Origin: Eledone cirrhosa
Lineage: Eukaryota
Direction of reading: 5' to 3'
NCBI GenBank assembly: GCA_964016885.1
Contig: OZ024740.1
Span: forward strand, 223,696,001 to 223,760,000
Length of the DNA: 64,000 nt
In this document: positions 40,409 through 55,356 of the stretch, one piece after another
Numbering within the stretch: the first letter of the stretch is position 1
How the letters are laid out: every line of letters starts with the position of its first letter
Notes under the pieces: generated by a model
Seen by the model: the letters and a program-made list of their open reading frames with translations, nothing else
Told to the model about the DNA's origin: nothing
The model's database searches: none
Program-made: the position numbers and the translations under genes

Positions 40409-40505
40409 TTGATCTCAGTAGACAGGTGGGGTAGTTGGCCTTGATAAGCTTCAACCAAAGCGAAACATGTCATGTCGGCTTATCTCCCCTGTTTGCTGAG
40501 ATCAA
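40409..40505 (+). ncRNA. Type I hammerhead, U3:A8 core (copy 2)
   Basis: As copy 1 but helix III ACAT-GTC-ATGT; GUC cleavage predicted after 40476. Confidence 0.88.
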
Positions 40506-40986
40506 AGTGAGTGAATTTGTCACTACTTTAAAACAATAGCTTACGGTCTTCAAACTGCTTTTAATTAAGCATAAAGTCTATTGCAAAATACATTATATAT
40601 ACATCCATATTAAATATATATATATATATATCATTACCATCATCATCGTCATCATTTTATGTTTACATAACCAAGCTTTCATGGGTTTGATGAGTCTTTT
40701 CTAGCATTTTCCATTCCTTTGTAACCTCTGTGGGCTTCAGTCATTTGACATCAACTCTCACCAATGCTGCCCATATCTTCCTTGGTCTTCCTTCACTGCA
40801 GATTTCTTCCACTGAGATTTCTTGATAATTCTTTGCCCAATGATCATCATCCATACACATGTCCATACCAACACAGTTTCTTTTATTGCACACTGCATCT
40901 GATTCCTCTTATACCAAGTTCTTTTCGCAGCTCATCTATGCTTTGTCATTTATGCGTATTAACATATCCTCTGGATTCACTGAACA

Positions 40987-41017
<31 letters not shown>

Positions 41018-41078
41018 TATATTATATATATGTATAATATATATATATATACATATATATATATACTTATATATATAT

Positions 41079-41136
<58 letters not shown>

Positions 41137-43040
41137 AATATACATAAGTATATACACATATATATATATATATGTATAATATACATAAGTATATACACTG
41201 TATATACGTATGCATTGGAATGTAGATGTATGATATGGCTCTATGACCCATCTAAGAAGGCAGTAACTCTAAATAAAAACCTAATCAGACTGTAATAATG
41301 CATCCAGTACATGTCTGAATATGGATATAGAATGATGATGATGATAGTACACAAACACATATATACACACACATGTCCCACCACACATATACTACACACA
41401 CCTATGTATGTATATATATATCATCATCATCATCATAATCGTTTTGTATAGAAATACTTTATTTTCCACACATGATTTTAATTTTCTTATCTACAATAGG
41501 CATAGTTCTAATCATAGGTTTGCTTGTATCCATAGGATTTTAACTTTGTTTATTACAGTTCTTCCATCAATCATTTGCTTATTACAGCAAGGGTACCTTG
41601 GTATGTATACCTATCTAGTTTCTGTTGCACTTCCATTCTTTTTCTTATTATTTTTATTATTTTACACCAAATTTTCAAAGCTTGACAATAGATGTCTCAA
41701 ACTGAATCAAATTAGTATTATTTATCTTGCTATTACCTATTACTTCGAAAGATATTTTTATATATCTCAATTTATATAGTCTCTTTTTTTTGTATTTCTA
41801 TTTCCCAAATTGTGACTAGTTTGCATTCACTAACTTTTCTTACATTTTTCAAGACTACAATTTTGTTATATCTTGCTCATCTTCAATTTCTATGTCTATT
41901 CCATTTCCTGTCAAAGCAGTCACTTGCCTTAAAGATTTTATTCTACTTCTTAATTTTGTTTCTTTTCTATTACATAGTCTATTATACTTCTCTTTTTCAC
42001 TTACATTGATTACACCAGCTTACTACATTTTTCACAGCATGTATTATCTCTGCAATCACTTTCCTGGTGTCTATCATTGATAAGTAGTGTTGTAGGCTTG
42101 ACCTTACATATTACTACAGGTCATTGTCAATTTTTACTTAAGGCAATTTCTCCTTTAATTTGATTGCCTTATTGCTTTATTCTAACAGTACATTTACCTT
42201 CATTTAAAACTATTTCAATATTTCTTTCTCTTATTCAATAAATTGGAATATCTTGTCGCCTCTCAAAGACAATACACAGCATATATCAAAGAAACATTAT
42301 TGTACCTGCCTCCTAGTTATGACCAACATACAACTAAAGCCACAACTAACTTATGCTACCATCTGTTCTTGACTATTTGATAATGAGATTTGTAGATAAA
42401 TGAATTAAAGATGAAATCTCACCTTCAATGTTAACTCTGGAGATTTCACATGCATAATGTAGCAGAAATTGCATCCCAAACACTGGCATCTCACTTTACA
42501 ATCAGAAAGTATTTCAGCTCTCAACAATTGCAAACTACAAAGTACAAAAGCCACAATAAAATCTTGCTCTCATATCTGGGACAAGGCTACTGCTACATAT
42601 ACAGACATCCTAAACAGAATTTCTCAAAAACAAAAAAAGCCACACAATTAAATGGCATGGAGTCATTCCCAAACACATTCTAATCTCTCCTATGGGCCTG
42701 ATTGTATCCTCAAACTGCTTTTCATATTATATCCTACATTTAAAGAATGTAAATAAATCTATTGTTAACTGTTGTCCTGCAGTTTTGTTTGTCATTGATG
42801 GAATTCCTAATTCATCACTCATGTAATGTATATGATCATTGACATGCATAACATACACTAATCTCTTGAACTAAAAGAATATATTTCCATATTTTAGCCT
42901 TTCAGAACACTAATCCTAAAATTCATATTTCTCATACCTATTACTACCATATATATATATATATACCCGTCCTATCATATATATAAACCCATGCTAGCGT
43001 GGAAGATAGATGTTAAGCGATGATGATGATGATGATGATA

Positions 43041-44398
43041 TCTATACATATATATATATAAAACTGTAGTTGTCTGTGTGTGTGTCCTCGTTTTTGCAAA
43101 GTCCATACAAATCCACATTTCTTCTCCGATTGACTTCAAACTTGCATTTATATATTCCTTGAGGTCTAAAGATATTACGTGCAGCTTTTATTTTTCAATT
43201 TTCTGTCGTTAAAGGGGTGTTAGGCACCGGTTATCTATCTCCGTCTTGCCCTTATAATTGTTTCTACGTTAGGCACAAGGCCAGCAATTACCCAGTGCAT
43301 TACTGGTACTTTATTTTATCGACCCCGTAAGGATGAAAGTCAAAGTCAACCTCGGCGGGATTTGAACTCAGATCGTAAAGGGACGTAACTATGCTTGAAA
43401 GCATGGCGTCCGACCCTCTACCGATACTGCCAATCCACCGCCCTTATAATATCTGTATGTATGCCTGGCTGTCTGCATTACGACATTATGACAAACATTG
43501 ATGACGTGTTATGTTCGCTATGTTCCATTCATTGCCAGGGAACGTCTTCACAAACCAAAGTATCAACTTCCTGTTTTCCTTTGGTTGCAACGTTTTTCGA
43601 AATATTTACTTCTGCGTCCACAGATTGATTTTTTTAGTTTCAGAAGATCCCGTTAAGGGTGAAAGCAGCAATTCTTTGCTTAAACTTTAATCTGTTATTT
43701 TAATATATAATATAAGCGAGGCAAGCCAGCCCAGTTGCCACATTTTGCCAATAAAATTAACCCTTTGTGCGCCATTCATCTAACTGTAGACCAACAAATA
43801 GCAACTAAACGGAGCGTAGACAAGAACGATGGCAAATGAATCTTCGAGCTAAGCAGTTTCCTCCCGAGCTGTTAGTTCATGTGGGATTCTCTGCTACAAC
43901 TTTTCGTAATAATACATACTGCTAGTCACGCCTTCCTCCAAAAGCTGTACAAAGCGGGCATGTGCATCGGGCAGATGGATCGGGTGCAAATCTACTCCAG
44001 GCCTATGCGAGAAATTTACAAGGGATTGCACTGAGAGGGATAGAAAGAAAGAGTAACTTAGTGGAGAGAGTGTGAATGAACTTTTGAGGTAAGTAGCCTA
44101 TGCCTTACTGCTATAGCACTGGAACCTTCTGCCAACTTAACCTGTGACTTTCTCTTTCACATTTACTCCAATAGGCCAAAACAAAGGAGTATGAAAAGAA
44201 GGTGCTCAACAATATTTCTATGAACAATGCACGTAGACAGCTAAACTGTACTTTCAACTTCTTAATTTTCTCCAAATAAAACAAGTTTCCTGTTGGTATA
44301 TTTTCGTGAGTTTTTAACCGTCACTCACAAATAATCGTTTCTCATTGGAGGTGCTATTACCAATATTCTTACCCGTGCAACGCCGGGATACACTGCTA

Positions 44399-44399
<1 letters not shown>
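43041..44399 (+). mobile_element. Non-autonomous Helitron with nested SINE (43250-43447) and family A HHR fragment (43500-43705)
   Basis: A|TC 5' end; CCCGTGCAACGCCGGG hairpin + CTAG|T 3' end. Confidence 0.8.
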
Positions 44400-44431
<32 letters not shown>

Positions 44432-44509
44432 AACTTCAACAGTATTCTAATCATAGTGTGTATAGATTTTTTTGGGACACCCTGTATATATATATATATA
44501 TATATATAT

Positions 44510-44915
44510 AACTGGAGCAATGTGAAATAAAGTGACTTGTTCAAGGAAACAACACATCACCCGGTCCAAAAGGTTGTGAGTTCAATTCTCGGTCCGGGTG
44601 ATGTGTTGTTTCCTTGTGCAAGACACTTTATTTCACATTGCTCCATTTAACTCAGCTGTAGAAATGAGATGATAGGACTGGGGTCCCTATCATTCCACTA
44701 CAAAGTGGTCATGAAGGTGCCACAGCAAAAAAGCACCCAGCACTCACTGTAAATGAGGTTGGTGTTATGAAGGGCATCCAACTGTAGAAATCAAGCTACA
44801 ATCAGTTCCCGTATGAGCAAGACAAGGTCAGCCGACCGGACACTGCCCACAACAGGACAACCTGTCTAACCCATGCTAGCATGGAAGAACGGATGTAAAA
44901 TGGTGATGATGTTGA
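44510..44915 (+). mobile_element. SINE family 1 copy with an inverted 5' fragment
   Basis: 44511-44567 is the reverse complement of 44591-44645; the tail matches the RTE 3' UTR at 5110-5298. Confidence 0.8.
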
Positions 44916-45064
44916 TATATATAGATATAGATATATAGATATTGTGGGGGGGGGGACTTATGTTTAGATCCCAAGTGAAATCTGGGGTGACCTTAGTTAT
45001 AAACGGTACTCAGTACATTCGGTGAGTGTAAACCCCATTATCTAATATTGAAATGGCTTTCACA

Positions 45065-45106
45065 GGACTAACAATGTTTCATTTATATGAAATCATCAGG
45101 AATGTC
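45065..45106 (-). ncRNA. Degenerate minimal hammerhead motif
   Basis: CTGATGA-TTT-CATAT-AAAT-GAAA-CATTG-T-T; helix I weak. Confidence 0.4.
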
Positions 45107-45319
45107 AAGTGACATATAGAGTGGTTGATACTTATAGGTTTCCTAGTGGTTGAGGATGGTGGTGTGGGCTATATTAAGGAGCAGATATCTAGTAGTGGAT
45201 TAGAAAGAGGTGGGAGAGGATGGAAGGATAAAGTAGAAGATGGGGTAGAAAGAATGGGGAGAAAGGAAGAAAACACTTTGAGTAGGTGAAAAAGAATTTC
45301 AAAATATAGAATTCTTTAT

Positions 45320-45365
<46 letters not shown>

Positions 45366-45372
<7 letters not shown>

Positions 45373-46214
45373 CGAAACATAAGTGAATTGTACGAACTCA
45401 TAATCCTTTATTTACTGCTATATATATTTCGATGATAGCCATTGTATGGCTCTGACCTCATCAAGCAGTCAGTAAGCTCTTAGATATGCCAGCTCTGGGT
45501 TTTTGGTTTTGGTGGTTTTAGAGCCTTGGGACATGTGAACTTGTTAGGGATAATTTAATGTTGTCAGCAGGAATAATCTTAATTCTTATTGGTCAGTTTG
45601 TAGATGCTAGTAGGAATGGTATTTGACCTCAAAGTTCAAACCTTCAGGCAATATGACAATAGTTCCATATGACTGATTTTCACAAAAATCATTCCTGGTT
45701 AGATATATATTCAATTGAGGTTTATAGTATGAAATTCGATACTACAGGGCATTCTTAAATTGAGGAATGTATGTGGGGTGGTACGACTGAAAATGATGGT
45801 TAGAGTCAAATACTTAGAAAGTTTACATATAAAAAGACTTATGTTGGTTGACTTGTACATACATTCACCCCCACCCCCACAGATACACACACAAATCCAT
45901 ACAGATGCGTATATATATGTATGTATATGAACTTTACAACACCACCGACCTCTTTGAGGTCAAATACCAATCCTACTAGCATCTACAAACTGACCAATGA
46001 GAATTAAGATTATTCCTGCAGACAACATTAAATTATCCCGAGCAAGCTCATATGTCCCAAGACTCTAAAACCAGTAAAAACCCAGAGCTGTCATATCTAA
46101 GAACTTACTGACTGCCTGATGAGGTCATAGCCATACAATGGCTATCATTGAAATATATATAGCGGTAAATAAAGGATTATGAGTTCATACAATTGACTTA
46201 TGTTTCGTCACTAT
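45366..46214. mobile_element. Head-to-head inverted pair of ~265 bp HHR units (45366-45634 / 45952-46214)
   Basis: Diverged inverted repeat; HHR at 45414-45469 minus and 46111-46166 plus. Confidence 0.85.
46111..46166 (+). ncRNA. Type I hammerhead
   Basis: ACTGC-CTGATGA-GGTC-ATAGCCAT-ACA-ATGGCTAT-CATT-GAAA-TATATA-T-A-GCGGT. Confidence 0.8.
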
Positions 46215-46612
46215 TATAACTCCGGAATTTATATTTTCGATGAGTGCTCCTTATCCGCATACTGAAGTACTGGATTTTACCAACACTTTTTTGCTGAGTG
46301 GTTAGAGAATTGGATTCGCAATCGTAAGGTTGTGAGTTCGATTCCTGGACCAGGCAATGCGTTATGTCCTTGAGCAAGACACTTTATTTCATGTTGCTCC
46401 TTCTACCTGGAGTTGCGACCGATAGATAGTATTAGCAATTGGAAAGACCAACGGAAACATTGTTCCTTCAGCCCGATTTGACGAAAGTCGATCGTTCCTA
46501 TATATATAGGAAAAGAGTCAGGACCCGACAAATGAGCTCCAGCCGTTTCGAGTAAGTATTGAGTACTCTGGTGCGTTATGGTCCACCTGGTACCTTACCA
46601 CACCTTCTTTGT

Positions 46613-46650
<38 letters not shown>

Positions 46651-46714
46651 CATAAAATATTAAACAAATAATGAATAAAACAATGAAACAGTTCCTTATA
46701 TTAAACAAAAAAAG

Positions 46715-46869
46715 TTCATTATTTAACGATCGTTTCTAGGATATATATGTGTTAGAATTGGCATGCATATTCAACAGATCTATGTACAAAATTATACAAA
46801 ATTATACAAACTATCAAGATTAAATATACATACCAAACACACATATACGCCGTCTTCAGAAATAATGAA
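46715..46869 (-). ncRNA. Type I hammerhead with ~115 nt helix II (left-arm copy)
   Basis: Reverse complement of 51265-51419. Confidence 0.8.
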
Positions 46870-47490
46870 ATATATTTATTGATAATAACAACAATTCAAA
46901 ATTTCAGGTCCGTTTGGGAACAAAATTGACCAATGAAAATACAAAAGGTTTTATGCAGTTTGGTGTGTGTATATACATGTAACTACCCCGTACACATATT
47001 TATACAAAGATGTATGCTCAACATGCATACGCATGCCAAAAAGATGCATGTAAATACAAAATTTCAAGGTTAATGTCTCTGTAAGTTTATAATGCACAGA
47101 TAAGATGCGTATAGACACATAAATATGAAATAAGTGTATACACATATTCTCATACTCACACATATCCGTACACTCACACACACGCGCGCGTATATGCATA
47201 AACATACACATAATTACGAACATACATACACACACACACCCCCACACACATATATATATGTGGATATAATATTATCATAAGCACATGGATATTAATTCAC
47301 TCACATAAACACTGCCACACACATTTAGATCAAGATACAGAAATTAGGTGGGAGGGGGGGAGAGGTCAGTATTCAACGGTTTGGGCAGACTGCTTATTTA
47401 TAGATGTATCTATAAACTAAGAAATAAAAAATAAAAATTAAAAAGGAAAGAAAAGAAAAAGAAAAAAGAAAAAAGAAATATATCAAGAAA

Positions 47491-47581
<91 letters not shown>

Positions 47582-47657
47582 TCTACACTTAGAACACACA
47601 TACACCCACATATATAAACATATACATATACACACATACACACATATACACACATAC

Positions 47658-47698
<41 letters not shown>

Positions 47699-48215
47699 TA
47701 CACATATAATCACACATACATATATAGACACACATATATATACACATACACGCACATATACATACACATACATACTTATATACATACAGATATACACATA
47801 CATACCTATATAAACACACAAATACATACAGACATACATACATACATACACACAAATACTTACGCATCCATATATCGGTATATACATACAAACACCACTA
47901 CACTCTCACACAACTCAGACATACAAAGAAAAAGGTATATACCTATACACATATACACATACAAATAGAGATACATATACATATATATATATATATACAC
48001 ATATATATACATATATATACACATACACATATACACACATATATATACATACACATACATACATGTACACACACATACATATACATACATACACACATAC
48101 ACACATACATATATAGTCATACACACACATACACCTACACGAACATACACATACACATATATAAATATATATATACACACACACACATACACACACACAC
48201 ATATATATAAAATAA

Positions 48216-48262
<47 letters not shown>

Positions 48263-48885
48263 CATACACATATACATAGACATACATGTACATACATACA
48301 CATACATACATACATATACACACATATATATATATATATATATACACACATAGACACATACATACATACACACACAACATACATACACACACATATATAC
48401 TCATACATAGACATAGATATATATTCATACATACATACGCACTTACATATACTCATATATACAAATACATACGCATCCATATATGCGTATATACATACAA
48501 ACACCACTACACTCTCACACAACTCAGACATACAAAGAAAAAGGTATATACATATACATATATACACACATTAATAGAGATACATATACACATATATATA
48601 TATATATACACATACATTTATATATATACACCCACACACACATACAACCATAAACACACATACAAACACACACATACACACATATATACATACATATATA
48701 TACACACACACAAAAAACACACATACACATATATATTTTTACACATATATATACATATATATACACATATACACACCCTCACATATACACACATACACAT
48801 AAGTTATATTATAATAATAAATAATATATATATATATATATATATACACATACGAATATAGACATATATACACACATAGATATAC

Positions 48886-48923
<38 letters not shown>

Positions 48924-49097
48924 TCACATATATATGTGCGCACACGTACATATATACACATACACACATATACACATAAACATATACATGTGCATACATG
49001 TACATACACACATATACCCACATAGATACGAAGATAGACATATATATAGAGAGACATACATATATACACACATATATATATACACATACATACACAC

Positions 49098-49130
<33 letters not shown>

Positions 49131-49895
49131 TACACGCCCACACACATATACACATATACACATATACATATATATACATATACACATATATATACACATG
49201 CATATATACACATATATATATACATACACACATATATATACACACAATCTTACATTCTTATTTGCATGCGCATATATGTATTTTTATATTCAGATATAAA
49301 TACCCAAACATATATACACCTACCTACATATATATTCATACATACACGCTTAATATAACTTATGTGTATGTGTGTATATGTGAGGGTGTGTATATGTGTA
49401 TATATATGTATATATATGTGTACAAATATATATGTGTATGTGTGTTTTTTGTGTGTGTGTATATATATGTATGTATATATGTGTGTATGTGTGTGTTTGT
49501 ATGTGTGTTTATGTTTGTATGTGTGTGTGGGTGTATATATATAAATGTATGTGTATATATATATATATGTGTATATGTATCTCTATTAATGTGTGTATAT
49601 ATGTATATGTATATACCTTTTTCTTTGTATGTCTGAGTTGTGTGAGAGTGTAGTGGTGTTTGTATGTATATACGCATATATGGATGCGTATGTATTTGTA
49701 TATATGAGTATATGTAAGTGCGTATGTATGTATGAATATATATCTATGTCTATGTATGAGTATATATGTGTGTGTATGTATGTTGTGTGTGTATGTATGT
49801 ATGTGTCTATGTGTGTATATATATATATATATATGTGTGTATATGTATGTATGTATGTGTATGTATGTACATGTATGTCTATGTATATGTGTATG

Positions 49896-49935
<40 letters not shown>

Positions 49936-50455
49936 TCTTTATTTTATATATATGTGTGTGTGTGTATGTGTGTGTGTGTATATATATCTTTATATATGTG
50001 TATGTGTATGTTCGTGTAGGTGTATGTGTGTGTATGACTATATATGTATGTGTGTATGTGTGTATGTATGTATATGTATGTGTGTGTACATGTATGTATG
50101 TGTATGTATATATATGTGTGTATATGTGTATGTGTATATATATGTATATATATGTGTATATATATATATATATGTATATGTATCTCTATTTGTATGTGTA
50201 TATGTGTATAGGTATATACCTTTTTCTTTGTATGTCTGAGTTGTGTGAGAGTGTAGTGGTGTTTGTATGTATATACCGATATATGGATGCGTAAGTATTT
50301 GTGTGTATGTATGTATGTATGTCTGTATGTATTTGTGTGTATATATAGGTATGTATGTGTATATCTGTATGTATATAAGTATGTATGTGTATGTATATGT
50401 GCGTGTATGTGTATATATATGTGTGTCTATATATGTATGTGTGATTATATGTGTA

Positions 50456-50500
<45 letters not shown>

Positions 50501-50576
50501 GTATGTGTGTATATGTGTGTATGTGTGTATATGTATATGTTTATATATGTGGGTGTATGTGTATTCTAAGTGTAGA

Positions 50577-50636
<60 letters not shown>

Positions 50637-51264
50637 TATATTTTCTTGATATATTTCTTTTTTCTTTTTTCTTTTTCTTTTCTTTCCTTTTTAATTTTTA
50701 TTTTTTATTTCTTAGTTTATAGATACATCTATAAATAAGCAGTCTGCCCAAACCGTTGAATACTGACCTCTCCCCCCCTCCCACCTAATTTCTGTATCTT
50801 GATCTAAATGTGTGTGGCAGTGTTTATGTGAGTGAATTAATATCCATGTGCTTATGATAATATTATATCCACATATATATATGTGTGTGGGGGTGTGTGT
50901 GTGTGTATGTATGTTCGTAATTATGTGTATGTTTATGCATATACGCGCGCGTGTGTGTGAGTGTACGGATATGTGTGAGTATGAGAATATGTGTATACAC
51001 TTATTTCATATTTATGTGTCTATACGCATCTTATCTGTGCATTATAAACTTACAGAGACATTAACCTTGAAATTTTGTATTTACATACATCTTTTTGGCA
51101 TGCGTATGCATGTTGAGCATACATCTTTGTATAAATATGTGTACGGGGTAGTTACATGTATATACACACACCAAACTGCATAAAACCTTTTGTATTTTCA
51201 TTGGTCAATTTTGTTCCCAAACGGACCTGAAATTTTGAATTGTTGTTATTATCAATAAATATAT

Positions 51265-51419
51265 TTCATTATTTCTGAAGACGGCGTATATGTGTGTTTG
51301 GTATGTATATTTAATCTTGATAGTTTGTATAATTTTGTATAATTTTGTACATAGATCTGTTGAATATGCATGCCAATTCTAACACATATATATCCTAGAA
51401 ACGATCGTTAAATAATGAA
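51265..51419 (+). ncRNA. Type I hammerhead with ~115 nt helix II
   Basis: TTCATTATTT-CTGAAGA-[hairpin TATATGTGT/ACACATATA, TTGGTATG/CATGCCAA]-GAAA-CGATCG-T-T-AAATAATGAA; 10 bp helix I, palindromic ACGATCGT. Confidence 0.82.
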
Positions 51420-51616
51420 CTTTTTTTGTTTAATATAAGGAACTGTTTCATTGTTTTATTCATTATTTGTTTAATATTTTATCTTGACTCTGTATACCGT
51501 TTATCTTTCACCGAAAGTGACTTTTCATTACATCTCTTCTTTCCATGATATCCGGAATACATTGAGTTCTTCATACGGATTGGACACTACCGTAAACTCT
51601 TGGTAGATTTATCTAC

Positions 51617-51663
<47 letters not shown>

Positions 51664-52569
51664 CATATATATATATATTTATATACTTACACACACACAC
51701 ACATATATATATATGTATGCATACATGCACATGCATATACACATGCACACGCACTCCTAGCATGAGTTTGATGAGGTGTCTCATTGTGAAACAAGCCAGG
51801 TCAGGGGGACTGTGTTTAGCTCACAGAGAACTGGTTTTAGCTTGGCTCTTGGTTTCTATGGCTGGATGCCTTTCGTAACCAACTACATTTACAGTGTGTA
51901 CTGGTGCATTTTATTGTTATACTTACACAACCACTTTAGAGTGTAGGCTGGGCACTTTTTGTTGTGTCACCAACACTACAACTCACTCCATAGCTTCCAT
52001 CCTATTTGAGCACTCTGCATATTTTTATACAGCTGTCATCCTTCATATGCCAATGCAATTTCCTATATATATATATATATATATATTACGAAGGAAGTGT
52101 TGTAAGGAACCAGGTGGACCATAATGCACCAGAGTACTCGATACTTAGGGTAGTAGTATGTATATATATATACATACTACTGTACGTCTGTATACATATA
52201 TGTATGTACGTATACATACATACATCCCTACATTTAAGTAACTGCCGTACTTAGATTGAGAAATGAAATTTCGTTTCATTCTATTCCATTAATATATATA
52301 TATATATATAGTAATTGTTTCTACTTTTGGCACAAGGACAGCAATTACCCAGTGCATTACTGGTACTTTATTTTATCGATCCCGTAAGGATGAAAGGCAA
52401 AGTTAACCTCGGCGGGATTTGAACTCAGAATGGCAAGGGCCGTAACTCTATGCGTCAAAGCATAGCATCTGACCCTCTACCGATACTACCAGTCCACTAA
52501 AAATAATAAATTAGAAGACTAAAATCCAAAGTGTAAGCAGCGATTCTTTGCTTAAACTTTAATCTGTTA

Positions 52570-52660
<91 letters not shown>

Positions 52661-52829
52661 TTTATATTTTATTATAAAGAGTCAGGACCTGATGGCTGAG
52701 ATATTCCAAATTCAACATTTTTTTCCAGACTCTGGTCCCAACTCTATGATATAACCATATTCTACTACCCTAAGTATTGAGTATTATGTTGAATAATTGT
52801 CTAACCAGTTTGAAACTGATTCCATCCTG

Positions 52830-52936
<107 letters not shown>

Positions 52937-53899
52937 ATCATAAGATTTGTCAATTGATAACCTATTTTCACATCAAAATTGTAGAAATAAAACAATAGGA
53001 CAATTTCCTCTTTGGTATGCCAGAGAAAGATTATGAAATAGTAACTAATACGAAATTAAGGAAGCCCAAATATATCATCATCGTCGGCATCAACATTATC
53101 ATGAAAACAGATATATAAAACAATGATTAAGATGATGATGAAATATATGGGCTTTCTTAATTTTGCACTAGTTGGTATTACATAATCATTTTCACTTTCT
53201 TTCTCTCTCTCCGTCTTTCTCTGGCTTGTAAAAATGTAGAAAAGACCTATTTCTTACTTCCATTTTGATGTGTAAATCTCTTATCAATTTGACAAATCGA
53301 TTGATATTAAAATAAACCATATATTTGATGTGACAGAAATACTTTTACATGTAACCTAATCAGTAGACTTTATTATGATTTTGACATAATGACACTGCAA
53401 TGCTCTAAGCATTTAAAAAAAAAAGAATTCAATCTTTTCTTCTATTTATAATTAACTGAACAATAAAAGCAGAAAATATAAGTGTATACACACAAAATTA
53501 TATTTTGCTTACTTATTAATTTAGCTGAAAATAGTTTCCTCTTCAATTTATTATACATATATTATCTTCATAGTAGTTAGCACATGTCATATACACATCT
53601 CACTTAATAATTCCTTCACTCTACAGAGTGTACAATGCATTTTGTCATGGCACCAGCACTAGGAAGATAATCATGTCCACGTCTGAAAGGAGAAGTACTC
53701 TCTACTCTTTATTTGGCTGAATGTACAGCCTATCTTCAACCACTTAATAATAGAGGGTACAGCAAGCATTTTGTCATAGCACAAAAACTAGGGATGCTAT
53801 ACCAATGATACAAATGAAGAGTCACCCCAAACATTTTTTGACAGGGTTTCTACTATGGGTTGCCCTTTCTAACACTATTCATCTTGGTGTAATTTTCGT

Positions 53900-54300
53900 G
53901 AGAGGTTATGTTATCAGGACTAAAGGAACTTCTTCATTTTGACATGGTTTCTATAGTATTCAAAGGGTCTTTTACTAGCAGTAGGGAGGATTTTGCTCAT
54001 TATCTGAGATTGCTTTGCACCTCCTACTCCTGTCATTCTTTACACACATCACAGTCATCCCTTATGTCTATCATGTTGCATTCTTCTCCTACAGACTCGC
54101 TCTCTCAGTTCACCCATGCCACACATCCATTGGGGCAAAAATGTCCCACCTCCAGCCAGTACTCTCAGATCCTCTGCAATCATGCTCCACGTCTCAATAC
54201 CATGCAGCATTAATGTTCATACAACTATCACACAGTCTACTCTTTAATCCAAGAGAGAAACCCACACAATGTCAGCAGATATATCACCTCTCTAACACTC
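53900..54300 (-). mobile_element. Degenerate RTE LINE fragment
   Basis: ALHGIETWSMIAEDLRVL..QWMCG, homologous to 4590-4680. Confidence 0.6.
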
Positions 54301-54595
54301 CTCCAGCTAGTTCTTATTCTATCCACTACACTTTCATTGTATCCTCTCTTTACTACCACTGACTATAATTGACGAGTCTTGTAACCCTGGAGTTTCAGCT
54401 ATGTAATCGGGGGATAATCAGACAAGATCATCAGTCCTGTCTGATGATCCTGTGAGTACAGAAGTGAGACTCAAGAGTAACAAAAGTTATTACTTGGCCA
54501 AGATAAAGAATATTATCGAAGTTTACTAGAGTATTGAGGACTCATTCTCATATCTAAAAACATCACTGGGGTAAAAGTCCCCAGCTACTATCAGT

Positions 54596-54657
<62 letters not shown>

Positions 54658-55280
54658 TAAATAACAGATTAAAGTTTAAGCAAAGAATTGCTGCTTTCAC
54701 TCTTAACGGGATCTTCTGAAACTCTTTGGATTGTAGTCTTCAAATTTATTATTATTAATATATATATATATATATATTTATTTATTAAAATAACAGATTA
54801 AAGTTTAAGCAAAGATTCGTTGCTTTTACCCTTAACGGGATCTTCTGAAACTAACAAAGTCAATCTGTAAACGCAGAAGTGGATATTTCAAAATACGTTA
54901 TTTACTTTATTCTTAACTCTGAAGCGGAGATTCATTCGGTTTCCTAGTTAGAATTTTAGTCTACGACTTCAGTTATACCATTTACGTGGTTTTATTTTTG
55001 CGTGCAATTGTTCTCCACGCTCCACATATGACGTATTATCTTCGTTTTTTCCGTTCATTGCCAGAGAACGTCTCTATGAACCACCTAAAAGAACATTAGT
55101 CTACGACTTCTTTAATACCATAAACGTGGTTCTGTCTTTGCGCGTAATTGTGTTTCACCGCTCCTATTAATGACGTATTATATTCGTTCTTTCCCGTTCT
55201 TTGCCAGGGAACGTTTCCACGAACCAAAGTATCGTCTTCCCCCGGTTGCAACGTTTTTTGAAATATCCACTTCTGCGTTT

Positions 55281-55356
55281 ACAGATTGACTTTGTTAGTT
55301 TCAGAAGATCCCGTTAAGGGTGAAAGCAGCGATTCTTTGCTTAAACTTTAATCTGT
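55281..55356 (+). ncRNA. Family A hammerhead (U4A); further copies 43620-43695 +, 54793-54868 -, 37145-37222 -, 37709-37785 +, ~63428-63502 +
   Basis: Identical to 24020-24095. Confidence 0.7.

Larger units (their letters stand above)
40045..40610 (+). mobile_element. Tandem 316-nt retrozyme-like repeat (~1.8 units, two HHRs)
   Basis: 250 bp near-identical direct repeats 40045-40294 / 40361-40610. Confidence 0.85.
46652..51482. repeat. ~4.8 kb inverted duplication (arms 46652-48811 and 49351-51482, ~540 bp spacer), microsatellite-rich, with an HHR at each outer end
   Basis: Unique segments such as gcagtctgcccaaaccgttgaatactgacc and caccactacactctcacacaactcagac mirror almost exactly. Confidence 0.92.

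Noticed and set aside
46951-51183. Numerous [12 protein letters not shown] ORFs here and elsewhere in the track
   Set aside because: Translations of (TA)n, (CA)n and (GA)n microsatellites, which lack stops by construction
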